From positions 349 to 64,348 of the forward strand of contig CAZXUJ010000003.1 of the NCBI GenBank assembly GCA_964643995.1: 64,000 bases of DNA, in the 5' to 3' direction. Position 1 is the first letter of the stretch. Each line of letters begins with the position of its first letter. A model generated the notes under the pieces. The model saw only the letters and a list, made by a program, of their open reading frames with translations, was not told where the DNA came from and did not search any database. Source of the DNA: an uncultured Candidatus Saccharibacteria bacterium. GTDB lineage: Bacteria > Patescibacteriota > WWE3 > UBA101185 > UBA10185. The position numbers were made by a program, and so were the translations under genes. This document shows, piece after piece, positions 18,529 through 28,371 of this stretch.

Positions 18529-21500
18529 ATGCCTAGCTCTAAAAAAAAGATATTTAAAGATAGACTTTTGGCCCTCTCACCTTACATTGGACTCTATTTT
18601 TTGGTGTTTGCAATATTTGCTTCTAATTATAAGTCTGACACCTTTCTCATAGGCTGGGATAGTCTGCAGAATGAGTTAAATGCCTGGGTTAATGTTAAAC
18701 GCGCGGTTTTTTCAGTTTGGCAGGAGTACCAGAGTTTTGGTCTGGTAAGCGGTATGGCCCATGCTACGGACTTTCTACGAGCAATGTTCATTTGGATCTT
18801 AAGTTTCTTTCTAGACGCAGAGCTTATACGCTATTTTTACCACCATTTGATGTTGTTAGTTGGGGGTATTGGAATGTTTACGTTTTTAAAAAAGGCATTT
18901 AGTGTATCAGGCCCCAAACTTTTTATGCCTTTTGTTGGAGCCTGTTTTTACATTGTGAATTTAGGTACTGTGCAGATCTTTGCACTCCCTTTTGAGCCTT
19001 TTTCAACTTTCTTTGCTTTCTTACCTTGGGAGATATATGTGTTATTTACTTTTGTTACAAGTGAAAATTCTATACTTAGCAAACATTTGTTTTGGTTGAT
19101 ACTGATCAATATGCTCGCAACTCCTCAGGCATATCTTCAAACACTCTTTGTAGTCTATTTTGTATTCGTTATGTTCTTTTCTTTGGGATTATTGTTATCA
19201 AGCCCTGATAAACGTAAAGTTTTTAAGCGCTTGATTATCTCTGCAGTAGCAATTGGAGTTGTAAATTTGTTTTGGATTTTACCTCAAGTCTACTTTATCA
19301 AAACCAACCTATCCGTTGTTAAGGAATCGAAGATTAATCAACTAGCGACTGAAATAGTTTTTAATCAAAATCTAGAAAAAGGTAACGTAGTTGACTTCAT
19401 CAGGTTAGAAGGCTTTTATTACGATTTATTTGATGTTTATCGCCAGCAGATATTTTCTCAGTGGCACATACATTTTGATAATCCGGTGTTTAATGTCCTA
19501 CCCTACATGGTTTTTGCGACTGCACTTCTAGGTCTTTTTCGTCGTAGCAAACTCCACATATCTTTTTTCATGTGTTTATTTGTAGTCGCAGCTGTTCTAT
19601 TACCCGATACATTTGGATTTTCCTTCCTAAACAAGATTCTTCGAGAAAACTCATTCCTCGGACAAATATTTCGTTCCTCCTTTACAAAATTTATCGTTCC
19701 ATACGTTTTTATTTACGCTTACTTCTTTGCTGCTGGTTTCGATAAATTACATAACCTTCTTCTGAAGGTTAATGTTCTGGCAATTAAGGACCTTATGAGA
19801 TTGGTTACAAACTACTACCTCTTGGGTTTGGCCTATCTTCTTTTGCTTGTATTGTACAGTTTCCCATCTTTTAACGGTGCTTATTTTGCATCTCAAATGC
19901 GTGTAAAGCTTCCTGCTGAATATGGTGAAATTATGACTTACTTTAATTCTACTGATCCAAACAAACGTGTTGCCTTGTTGCCGGAATACACTTTTTGGGG
20001 TTGGTTCAAATATTTTTGGGGGTATGAAGGCTCCGGCTTTTTATGGTACGGCATCGAACAGCCCATTGTTTCTCGTACCTTTGATGTATGGAGCTTTAAC
20101 AGTGAAAGCTATTTTTGGGAGATGAAAGATGCCATAGAACGAATAGATGTGTTGGCTTTCGAAAATACCCTTGAAAAGTACAATATAGACTACTTGTTAC
20201 TTGATGACACTGCTTTCGCAGTATCTTCAACACAAGAAAGCCTACAAAGGGATCAATTGGAAGAGATACAACAGACTTCAAACAAACTCGGTGTCATAAG
20301 TCAATCTAGAACAATAGGCCTTTACTCCGTAGATCACACCGATCAGTCTCGCAATTTTAGTACTTTATCTAGGAATCTCCCAAACATTGGTCCGGACGTT
20401 ACTGTTACAAATAGAGATAATGTTTATCGAGATATAGGGGTCTACAAAACATACAAAAAACTTGCCCCTGACTACTACTACCCTTTTCTAGACTTAATGA
20501 CACAGACAAGGCTTAATAGCAAGAAGTGGGAAATAATTGAAGAGCCTGATGTCTTTGTGTTTAAAGCAGATCTATCTGACCTAGATTTGTCGGAATATGA
20601 GTTTCCTCAAAGTGACATGTCTTTGGATGCAACCGTATTTATTGATGAGGAGTTTGTCCAACTAACTCAAGATGTTGATATAAAGCTATTAGGTAAATCT
20701 ATTGTTGTTCGTGTAAAGAAGGTACTAGTTACAGACTTTGATCTCTCGATAGCTAAACTGGTTCAGTGTTCCAAATTTGGGGGAGATCTGTTTGCCGATT
20801 TCAATGAAACTGGTGCCTTGGCGGTTACAACGACAGCGCGTGGTGTCGGTTGTTTTGGGTATGAGGACCAATTGCTTGCTCATTGGAACGGTTACTTGAT
20901 AAATGTTGAACCTTACAACGAATACGGCAGAGAGCTGTTCTTTTATGTAGTTGGAAATAAAAATCGTAAACAGTCGAAGGTTGAAGAATATTTGCACGAT
21001 GGTGACAACTATTTTGTGTTGCCCACAGGTAATTACTATGACGATGGTTATGCTTTTTCCTTTCAGAACCAGTCTTACACCTATACCGACAGTAAAAACG
21101 TCTTGCGCGATTTGCAGGTGTATTTGATGCCCTACGAATACATAAAGGACATTAAACTAGTACGAAAGGGTCTATCTGGACCTTCTGCAATGGCTCAGAA
21201 TGACTTTTTCCAGTCTGCAAAGGTGAATAAGCTCAACTACTATACCTATGCAGTTGAGGGTATTACTGCCCCACACAACAATTTCTTGTTATATCAGTCC
21301 TTTGATGAGGGTTGGCGAGGTTATATTCATAAAAACCCGAGCAGCTGGCAGTACATATTCCCGTTTCTAGGTGAAAACGTAACAGACCATTTTATTGTTA
21401 ATAACTGGGCAAATGGCTGGGAAGTGCGAGATTTAGCAGACGGCGAAGTTTTGATAATTACCTTTTGGCCACAATGGTTGCAGTACATCGGATTTGGTGT

Positions 21501-21579
21501 CTTCTGGGTATCTGCTGTTGTAGCAACCTTGTTTGGCATACTTTTAAACCTTAAGCACCGCACAATCATTAACCCATAG
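18529..21579 (+). CDS. Very large (1016 aa) polytopic membrane protein with extensive C-terminal extracytoplasmic domain; putative GT-C-type glycosyltransferase (YfhO/arabinosyltransferase-like)
   Basis: N-terminal multi-transmembrane block with WDSLQNE loop motif, then a large soluble region and a final C-terminal transmembrane segment (YIGFGVFWVSAVVATLFGILL). Assigned by context and architecture. Confidence 0.4.
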   Translation: MPSSKKKIFKDRLLALSPYIGLYFLVFAIFASNYKSDTFLIGWDSLQNELNAWVNVKRAVFSVWQEYQSFGLVSGMAHATDFLRAMFIWILSFFLDAELIRYFYHHLMLLVGGIGMFTFLKKAFSVSGPKLFMPFVGACFYIVNLGTVQIFALPFEPFSTFFAFLPWEIYVLFTFVTSENSILSKHLFWLILINMLATPQAYLQTLFVVYFVFVMFFSLGLLLSSPDKRKVFKRLIISAVAIGVVNLFWILPQVYFIKTNLSVVKESKINQLATEIVFNQNLEKGNVVDFIRLEGFYYDLFDVYRQQIFSQWHIHFDNPVFNVLPYMVFATALLGLFRRSKLHISFFMCLFVVAAVLLPDTFGFSFLNKILRENSFLGQIFRSSFTKFIVPYVFIYAYFFAAGFDKLHNLLLKVNVLAIKDLMRLVTNYYLLGLAYLLLLVLYSFPSFNGAYFASQMRVKLPAEYGEIMTYFNSTDPNKRVALLPEYTFWGWFKYFWGYEGSGFLWYGIEQPIVSRTFDVWSFNSESYFWEMKDAIERIDVLAFENTLEKYNIDYLLLDDTAFAVSSTQESLQRDQLEEIQQTSNKLGVISQSRTIGLYSVDHTDQSRNFSTLSRNLPNIGPDVTVTNRDNVYRDIGVYKTYKKLAPDYYYPFLDLMTQTRLNSKKWEIIEEPDVFVFKADLSDLDLSEYEFPQSDMSLDATVFIDEEFVQLTQDVDIKLLGKSIVVRVKKVLVTDFDLSIAKLVQCSKFGGDLFADFNETGALAVTTTARGVGCFGYEDQLLAHWNGYLINVEPYNEYGRELFFYVVGNKNRKQSKVEEYLHDGDNYFVLPTGNYYDDGYAFSFQNQSYTYTDSKNVLRDLQVYLMPYEYIKDIKLVRKGLSGPSAMAQNDFFQSAKVNKLNYYTYAVEGITAPHNNFLLYQSFDEGWRGYIHKNPSSWQYIFPFLGENVTDHFIVNNWANGWEVRDLADGEVLIITFWPQWLQYIGFGVFWVSAVVATLFGILLNLKHRTIINP

Positions 21580-21715
21580 CCTTGCCTAATATGGCATTTG
21601 GGCTTATAATTAAGGCCATAAGTGCTATAGGCGCTTTTTTTACAATCCCTGTTTGTTTGCAAGATTTCATGCGGCTTGCCGTAAATCAAAGGAATCTTGC
21701 AAAGGAGAGAGAACA

Positions 21716-22675
21716 TTGAAAACTAAACTGTTTGCTTTGCTCCTGACCGCCATTTTGGCGGTCTCTGTACTCGGGCTGGTTGGGACCTCACAAGGTACCG
21801 CCCATGCCCAAACAGCTGGCAACGGCTGCGTTGAATTTCCGTTGTCACAGCAAGAGGCTGCCGATTCATTTGGTGGCGAGGCCTCTCGTTGGACCAAGCT
21901 TGCCAATTCTCCGTCCACCGGGTACGCCTGGCGGCAAGAGAACCTGGCTGAGCCGATCACCGTAACAGTTCCTGGACCAGGTCTGAATGGCAACAACTGG
22001 CGTTATGATAGCGACCAGGGGACGTTCTACGGCCCTGCAATGGTTACCAATACGGTAGTTGGCACCTTATGGCAAGACGGGTTCCCCGTAATTTGCCGTG
22101 AGGTAGCTGTTGAAGGCCCCGCGGAGCTGGACCCCGAAGAAGTTGGTTTTTACACAGCAGTTTTTTCCCCGACCGCCCCAACCGCTTCCGTTACCTACAC
22201 CTGGTCTACTGTTGGTGGGACTTCAACCATCACCCCTACTGGCGCAAATGCCGAGATCTCGTGGGTTACCCCGGGATCATATCAAGTGGATGTGGAAGTT
22301 CATTACAACAACATCACACTCATTGATTCGCAGGCGGTTACCGTCACAGGTATTCCGCCTATGACCCATGTGCTGTATCTGCCGGTGTTGGTGAAGTCTT
22401 TGCCCCCTGCCCCGCCTTACGTTCCTGCGTTGTCCCAAGCCTTGTGCAACACCTACGACCCTGTTGTTTTGTTTGGTGTCGCCCAGTGGGAACGCATTGA
22501 CGTTCCAACAAATCCCAACGATGGTTGTGGCTGGCGCCTCGCTGATTTTGAACAGGCTCATAACCTGACCATCCAACCCGGCTCCCGAGCCGATCATTCA
22601 GGAGGCCCCACAAATGGCCCCAACCAGCTTCTGAATTGGTCCGGCGCTCTGTCAATATGGGTTACAAACCCCTAA
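21716..22675 (+). CDS. Secreted hypothetical protein (signal peptide, PKD/Ig-like beta segments) encoded by a second high-GC foreign gene
   Basis: RBS AAAGGAGAGAG followed by a TTG start at 21716; the ORF track's earlier start at 21653 is also TTG. Signal peptide KLFALLLTAILAVSVLGLVG..AHA. GC is clearly above the flanks (~57 % by eye). Confidence 0.65.
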   Translation: MKTKLFALLLTAILAVSVLGLVGTSQGTAHAQTAGNGCVEFPLSQQEAADSFGGEASRWTKLANSPSTGYAWRQENLAEPITVTVPGPGLNGNNWRYDSDQGTFYGPAMVTNTVVGTLWQDGFPVICREVAVEGPAELDPEEVGFYTAVFSPTAPTASVTYTWSTVGGTSTITPTGANAEISWVTPGSYQVDVEVHYNNITLIDSQAVTVTGIPPMTHVLYLPVLVKSLPPAPPYVPALSQALCNTYDPVVLFGVAQWERIDVPTNPNDGCGWRLADFEQAHNLTIQPGSRADHSGGPTNGPNQLLNWSGALSIWVTNP

Positions 22676-22887
22676 CCTCACGAATTCTGTGACGTTCAGG
22701 AAGTAACCCCTTATCGCGTCCCTGGATTAGAAAACAAACTTTAGCGATGAATCTTTCGCAATCGTCTGTTTCTCTACTCCGGGGTGTTTTTTTGCCCATT
22801 TTTCAAAACCCTGTATTTACCCATTCTATTAACCAATTACAAACCCCCCTCTGTTTTATAGGCCAAAAGACCTCAAGCCCTATAGTG

Positions 22888-22916
22888 TTGACAAAAGCGA
22901 TACTATAAGGTAAAAT
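22888..22916 (+). promoter_or_regulatory. Promoter-like TTGACA-17-TAAAAT upstream of the LPXTG gene
   Basis: Read directly. A 29-codon mini-ORF and a GGCTT-GCAA-AAGCC hairpin follow. Confidence 0.35.
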
Positions 22917-23076
22917 TAAACTTATGAAAAGCGCTACATGTGCTTTTCTTGTTGTTACTAGGCTTGCAAAAGCCTTTAGCGACCGTTTTTATTTCTGCCT
23001 ATATTTACAGTAAGTTAGAGAGAGTACACGCAACCCAGCAATGGGTACTTCTTAACTTACCCTGCCAAAGGTATAT

Positions 23077-23700
23077 ATGAATATGTTAAAAATAACTCTA
23101 AAAGGTTTAGTTGTTTCTGTATCTGTGTTCGCTGTAGCTATGATGGTAAACACTAACCAAGCTTATGCTGGTTGTGAGCCTAACTACGGTGGCGGAGATA
23201 CTTGTATCTATAACAAGTCCTTTGAGATTAAGAAACAAGTAAGAATCGAAGGTGAAAACAAATGGAAAGATAAGGTAACTGACGTTGAAGAAGATGAAAC
23301 CGTAGAGTTTTTAATCGAAGTTAAAAACGTTGGTGAAGTTGGAGTAGACAACATGAACTACAAAGACTTTTTACCTGATGAAATGGAAAGAACCGGAGGA
23401 GAAGGTCTTACAGAAGACTGGGACGGTTTTGATCCTGGTGAAACTGTAAAGTTCATTATTGAAGCTAAGGTAAAATCTGGCGAATATGATGATGAAGACT
23501 TTGAGAAATGTGTCGTTAATAAGGTAGAACTTTATTACGGCGACAAGTTCGAAGGTGCTGACACCGCTACCGTTTGTTACGGTAACGAAGAAATCACTGA
23601 ATTGCCTGAAACCGGTCCTGCATCTAATGTTGGACTAGCTCTATCAGGATTAGGCTTAATCGCCTTAGGAACATTAGTTAAAAGGAAAGCTTTAGCTTAA
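23077..23700 (+). CDS. Sortase substrate: secreted cell-wall-anchored protein with C-terminal LPETG sorting signal
   Basis: Signal peptide, then LPETG + hydrophobic stretch + KRKALA positively charged tail at the C-terminus. Confidence 0.75.
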   Translation: MNMLKITLKGLVVSVSVFAVAMMVNTNQAYAGCEPNYGGGDTCIYNKSFEIKKQVRIEGENKWKDKVTDVEEDETVEFLIEVKNVGEVGVDNMNYKDFLPDEMERTGGEGLTEDWDGFDPGETVKFIIEAKVKSGEYDDEDFEKCVVNKVELYYGDKFEGADTATVCYGNEEITELPETGPASNVGLALSGLGLIALGTLVKRKALA

Positions 23701-23726
23701 TCGCTAAGTGATCCGCACTAAGCTTA

Positions 23727-23796
23727 GGCTTAGTGTAGAATAGTTGGGTTCGGGCAGACCTTACGCGACTATTCTACACTAAGCCTCATCTTTTTT
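23727..23796 (+). terminator. Intergenic hairpin (17-bp perfect stem GGCTTAGTGTAGAATAG/CTATTCTACACTAAGCC, 25-nt loop) followed by T6: attenuator/terminator between substrate and sortase genes
   Basis: Read directly. A smaller alternative hairpin CACTAAGC/GCTTAGTG overlaps the 5' arm. Confidence 0.5.
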
Positions 23797-23807
23797 AGGT
23801 TACTACT

Positions 23808-24467
23808 ATGCAAGAAGTGTTATCCCAAACAAAAAACATATACATTTTATTTTCATTGCTGACTTTGGCGGTGTCTTTTGCATCTGGATATGCAGTTTTC
23901 AGTTTGTTTGGAACTTCCTTTAGTCCTAATAGACATGGTGAGACGCTGGCAGCTGAAAGTGTAATTGTTGAGCGTCCATCTGTTTTTGAAATGGATATAA
24001 AGCCTATATATGAGGACCCGGTAAAGCTAAAAATAGATTCTGCGAAGATAAATCTAGAGATTATAAGAGTTGGCGTGGAAGAGTCTGGTCAGCTGGAAAA
24101 CCCAAAGGATTGGAATGTTGGTGGTTGGTTTTCAAAAAGTGCAAAGGCAGGGGAACCTGGAAACCTAATTATAAATGCACACTATGATAATAATTATGGT
24201 CAGCCTGCGGCTTTTTGGCAGTTGAAAAGTGTTAACGTAAATGATAAAGTTCTTCTAGTTGACTCCTTAGGTAGAACATATACCTATGTTGTTACCGAAT
24301 CTTTCTATATAGAAATCGATGATCCCGACCGTTTACGTATTTTTGATAGTTCAAAAGATGTTGCGGAGGTAACATTGATTACTTGTGGGGGAGTTTGGGA
24401 CTACGGTGCTGGTACTTACAACAAGCGTTTGGTAGTCAAAGGACGTCTGGAGGAACAAAAACTTTAG
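23808..24467 (+). CDS. Sortase (transpeptidase) with N-terminal membrane anchor
   Basis: Catalytic His region LIINAHYDNNYG, catalytic Cys motif TLITCGG, Arg in the C-terminal strand (RLVVKGR), and an N-terminal transmembrane segment. Confidence 0.75.
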   Translation: MQEVLSQTKNIYILFSLLTLAVSFASGYAVFSLFGTSFSPNRHGETLAAESVIVERPSVFEMDIKPIYEDPVKLKIDSAKINLEIIRVGVEESGQLENPKDWNVGGWFSKSAKAGEPGNLIINAHYDNNYGQPAAFWQLKSVNVNDKVLLVDSLGRTYTYVVTESFYIEIDDPDRLRIFDSSKDVAEVTLITCGGVWDYGAGTYNKRLVVKGRLEEQKL

Positions 24468-24608
24468 ATCAACTTTTGCAAGTTATCTGGCGTTAGTTGT
24501 TTGGGTAGGGGAGGTGATTCGGGGCAGTGGTCATCTCTCCTATCCAGCCAATTGACGTTAGACTAGCGTGCTTAATCAGCAAATTGTATAAATTTTTAAA
24601 TAGAAAAA

Positions 24609-25814
24609 ATGCCAAGAATAACAAAAGACGAAAATAATGATATGAGTTTAAATAATTCGAATGGTGCCGCTAATAGCGCTGCCAATGGCAAGTACTATAC
24701 TGGTCAAACAATAGCTGTCTCCGGAACACTCGAAGTGTTTCCAGACTATGGTGTTATTCGACAGGAAGAGGCACCTAATGATGATTTACCAAAAGATGTT
24801 TACATTAGCCAATCCCAGATCAAACGTTTTTCGTTAAGAATGGGCGACGTTATCAAGGGCTATGCACGCGCTCCTAAAGAAGGCGAACGTTATCTTTCTT
24901 TGTTACAAGTTGAGATTGTAGATGGTATGGAACCTGATGTTGCAAGAAAAAGACCTTTTTTCAATAAGTTAACTCCAATATTCCCTAATGAATGGATGAA
25001 GCTTGAAACTACTCCTGACGTTTTATCGACTAGATTAATAGATTTGATAGCTCCAATAGGCCGTGGGCAACGTGCTATGTTGGTAGCTCCTCCAAAATCA
25101 GGTAAAACTTGGTTAATGAAGGATATAGCCCATGGTATAGCCACAAACCACCCTGACGTAAAAATTTTTGTTGCTCTTATCGGCGAACGTCCCGAAGAGG
25201 TCACCGATATGCAGAGAAGCGTCCAAGGTGAGGTTTATGCAAGTAACTTTGATGAACATCCAGAGCAACAGACCAGAATAGCTGAAATTTGTTTAGAAAA
25301 AGCTAAAAGAATGGCTGAAAAAGGCGCTGACGTTGTAATACTAATGGACTCGTTAACACGTTTAGGTAGAGCTTACAACATGGTAGTCCCACCTTCCGGA
25401 AGAACTTTAACCGGTGGTTTTGACCCTTCAGCTTTATATCCGGCAAAGAGTTTCTTTGGTGCAGCAAGAAATTTTGAAGAAGATGGAAGCTTGACCATGA
25501 TCGCAACAGCTTTGATTGATACCGGATCTAGAATGGACGACGTAATCTTTGAAGAATTCAAAGGTACAGGTAACATGGAGCTTAGACTCGACAGATCGTT
25601 ATACGAACGCAGAATTTTCCCTACTATAGATATCAAGGGCAGTGGTACCAGAAATGAAGATAAATTATATGACCCTAAAACCCTCGAAGCAGTACACAAG
25701 TTACGAAGAATGATAGATTTGCTAAACGACAATGAAACTACAGAGCTCGTTATCCAACAGCTTAAGAAGACTTCATCTAATGAGGAGTTTCTAAAAACAC
25801 TGCATAAAGGCTAA
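24609..25814 (+). CDS. rho: Transcription termination factor Rho
   Basis: N-terminal OB/RNA-binding region (GVIRQEE...DVYISQSQIKRFSLRMGDVIKG), Walker A GQRAMLVAPPKSGKT, RecA-like core, and the Rho-specific C-terminus. Confidence 0.9.
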   Translation: MPRITKDENNDMSLNNSNGAANSAANGKYYTGQTIAVSGTLEVFPDYGVIRQEEAPNDDLPKDVYISQSQIKRFSLRMGDVIKGYARAPKEGERYLSLLQVEIVDGMEPDVARKRPFFNKLTPIFPNEWMKLETTPDVLSTRLIDLIAPIGRGQRAMLVAPPKSGKTWLMKDIAHGIATNHPDVKIFVALIGERPEEVTDMQRSVQGEVYASNFDEHPEQQTRIAEICLEKAKRMAEKGADVVILMDSLTRLGRAYNMVVPPSGRTLTGGFDPSALYPAKSFFGAARNFEEDGSLTMIATALIDTGSRMDDVIFEEFKGTGNMELRLDRSLYERRIFPTIDIKGSGTRNEDKLYDPKTLEAVHKLRRMIDLLNDNETTELVIQQLKKTSSNEEFLKTLHKG

Positions 25815-25843
25815 AATTAGCTTAATTTGATATCATTATTCCA

Positions 25844-27148
25844 ATGATGAAAAACGCTGACAGAAAGGGTGTTCATAGGTTTGCCCATAAACTTAAACAA
25901 GGGTTTATAAAGTCGTTTAGAAAGCTACCTGTTGCCGAGATCGGTCATCGTGTTTCGACTATTTCCCTCATCAGTCCTAAGTCCCAGCGTTTCTCACAAC
26001 TAAGTTTTAGTGGTTTTCGTCCGCAGGGAAAAACACCATTTGAAAAAATTGCTAACATTCTGAGGGACTTTGGGGTTTTTCTTTGGAAGTATGTCTATAG
26101 AAAGGTTCTTCGCTTAATAAAATCTCTAAAGAGTATTTTTTTGTTATCCGTGGCAAAAACCCAAGATCTGAAGGCATGGATGGTCAAAAAGCTTATTTGG
26201 TCGCGTGGTAAGCTAGGGCGTCCTATTGCAACTGCAGTGGTCATGGGGGCTGCTTTTATAGTTTTTATGTTTGGCGAGGTGTTTAATAGTTCTAAGTATG
26301 TAAATACCCAGGAGATCAGTCCAGATTACCTTTCTACTGTCTCAGATATAATTCCACGTAAAAGTATAGCGTTAACCACTATTCCTGATAGTAGAAAGCA
26401 GAGTGAGCCATTTAATTATACCGTTGAGTCTGGTGATTCATTATCATCGGTGGGTAATAAATTTAAAATCTCTCTAGATGCTTTGAAATACGTAAATAAC
26501 CTGAATGATGGTTCTGTACTGCGGGTAGGTCAGGTGTTAGTTATACCTCCTATCTCGGGTTTAATACATAAAGTAGAGAGTGGTGATAGCTTGGCAGCAA
26601 TATCTAACAAGTATGAGGTCCCTGCTCAAGCGATTGCTGACTTTAACTATATCTTAGATACCTCCAGTTTGGCTGTAGGCACAGAATTAGTTATACCTGG
26701 TGCAAAAGTGCCTCAGCAAGTTGTAGTCGTTTCTACACCTACTATAACCTCTCCTGTTGCCAACGTAGATCCTAATGCAGGTGGTGGGTGGTGCATATGG
26801 CCGACTCCAGCCCAAATCATTACCCAATACTTTAGTTGGTATCATAATGGGCTAGATATAGCGGCGGCTGGTTGGCTGCCTCCAATTTATGCTTGTGGCA
26901 ATGGTACTGTTATCAGATCTGGTTGGGACCCTTTTGGCTTGGGATTACATGTACGAATTGATCATGGGAATGGTTATGAGACTGTCTATGGACATATGAG
27001 CAGTTTAGAGGTAAGTTATGGCCAGTCAGTATCTCAGGGTGATGTAATAGGTATAATGGGTAGTACAGGAAGATCTACTGGACCACACGTGCACTTTATA
27101 ATCAAGTATAACGGTGTTCCACAAAATCCGATGAGCTACATTCAGTGA
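25844..27148 (+). CDS. LysM-domain M23-family peptidoglycan endopeptidase
   Basis: Two LysM repeats (GDSLSSVGNKFKISL.., GDSLAAISNKYEV..) and an M23 HxxxD/HxH core (HVRIDHGNGYETVYGHM ... GSTGRSTGPHVHF). The true start may be downstream of 25844. Confidence 0.75.
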   Translation: MMKNADRKGVHRFAHKLKQGFIKSFRKLPVAEIGHRVSTISLISPKSQRFSQLSFSGFRPQGKTPFEKIANILRDFGVFLWKYVYRKVLRLIKSLKSIFLLSVAKTQDLKAWMVKKLIWSRGKLGRPIATAVVMGAAFIVFMFGEVFNSSKYVNTQEISPDYLSTVSDIIPRKSIALTTIPDSRKQSEPFNYTVESGDSLSSVGNKFKISLDALKYVNNLNDGSVLRVGQVLVIPPISGLIHKVESGDSLAAISNKYEVPAQAIADFNYILDTSSLAVGTELVIPGAKVPQQVVVVSTPTITSPVANVDPNAGGGWCIWPTPAQIITQYFSWYHNGLDIAAAGWLPPIYACGNGTVIRSGWDPFGLGLHVRIDHGNGYETVYGHMSSLEVSYGQSVSQGDVIGIMGSTGRSTGPHVHFIIKYNGVPQNPMSYIQ

Positions 27149-27222
27149 TGAATGGGGCAGTGTACTCACTGCAAACATTCAGTGACGTGATGAGTACATC
27201 ACTACCTTTGGAGTACCAAATA

Positions 27223-28356
27223 ATGAAATTTTTAGTAGATAAAGCACAGATACATATAAAAGCTGGTAACGGTGGACCTGGATCAGGTTCGTTCAGGCGT
27301 GAAAAATATATACCTAAAGGTGGTCCTGATGGTGGTGACGGTGGTAACGGTGGCAGTGTATACCTAGTAGGTGATCACAATATGGCTACCTTAATGGACT
27401 TTAGGGGCAACCAGAACTATACGGCGGAACATGGCAAACCCGGTACGAAAAAGAAATGCTTTGGTAAATATGGTGAAGACCTAACAATAAAAGTTCCAAT
27501 AGGTACGCTAGTATTTGAACTCGTTGATGGCAAGGAAAAATTAATGGGAGATATTGTTGAGGACAACAAGCCCTTTTTAGTTGCGCGTGGTGGCCGTGGA
27601 GGTTTGGGCAATGTGCATTTCAAAAGTTCTGTAAATCAAGCCCCTACAAAATTTACCAAAGGTACTCGAGGTGAAGAAAAAGACATACTATTGGAGGTAA
27701 AGCTTGTAGCAGATGTAGGTTTAATAGGAATGCCAAATGCTGGTAAGAGTACCTTAATTAACCAGTTAACTGGTGCAAAAGTCAAAATTGAAAACTACCC
27801 TTTTACAACTTTAGTTCCAAATTTGGCCCGATATAGGCTTAAATCCGGACAAGAGATCATCATTGCTGACATACCTGGTCTAATTGAGGGTGCCTCTAAA
27901 GGTAAAGGCATTGGTGATGATTTTTTACGTCATATAGAGCGTACACGTGTGTTAGTACACTTAGTTGACCCGTTGTCCTTTGGTGCAGAGACAATTGAGG
28001 ACTATGAGGACCCAAATACACTTATTCAGAATGCTTTGAGAAATTATGAAGTGATTAGAAAAGAGCTAGATGCATATGGTGCTGAACTGGCAAAAAAGCC
28101 TGAGATAGTAGTTCTAAACAAAACTGATGTTACCGAGATTGCCAATGCGCTGTATGCCATCAAGCTTGCATTTAAAAAAATCAACGTAACTGTAACCGGA
28201 ATATCTGCATTTAGCGGGGCAGGCATTGAGTCGCTAGACGAACTATTGATAAAAGTTCTGTCCACTGCTCCAGAAAAACTGGTTTTTAGACCTACCGAAA
28301 AAGTTATAAAAAGATATTCTTTGAACAATTTACCTAATAGACGTGTTGTGCAATAA
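27223..28356 (+). CDS. obg: GTPase Obg/CgtA
   Basis: Obg fold with Gly-rich repeats (GGPDGGDGGNGGSVY) and G-domain motifs GMPNAGKST, DIPG and NKTD. The ORF is open from 27145; MKFLVDKA at 27223 is the typical Obg start. Confidence 0.85.
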   Translation: MKFLVDKAQIHIKAGNGGPGSGSFRREKYIPKGGPDGGDGGNGGSVYLVGDHNMATLMDFRGNQNYTAEHGKPGTKKKCFGKYGEDLTIKVPIGTLVFELVDGKEKLMGDIVEDNKPFLVARGGRGGLGNVHFKSSVNQAPTKFTKGTRGEEKDILLEVKLVADVGLIGMPNAGKSTLINQLTGAKVKIENYPFTTLVPNLARYRLKSGQEIIIADIPGLIEGASKGKGIGDDFLRHIERTRVLVHLVDPLSFGAETIEDYEDPNTLIQNALRNYEVIRKELDAYGAELAKKPEIVVLNKTDVTEIANALYAIKLAFKKINVTVTGISAFSGAGIESLDELLIKVLSTAPEKLVFRPTEKVIKRYSLNNLPNRRVVQ

Positions 28357-28371
28357 TGCTAGTTACTGTAT

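Noticed and set aside
21327-22655. Several minus-strand and alternate-frame ORFs across the second high-GC gene and the end of the 1016-aa gene
   Set aside because: The reasoning is the same as above. They overlap better-supported CDSs and arise from GC richness.
24890-25732. Minus-strand ORFs inside rho
   Set aside because: Antisense to a strongly supported conserved gene.
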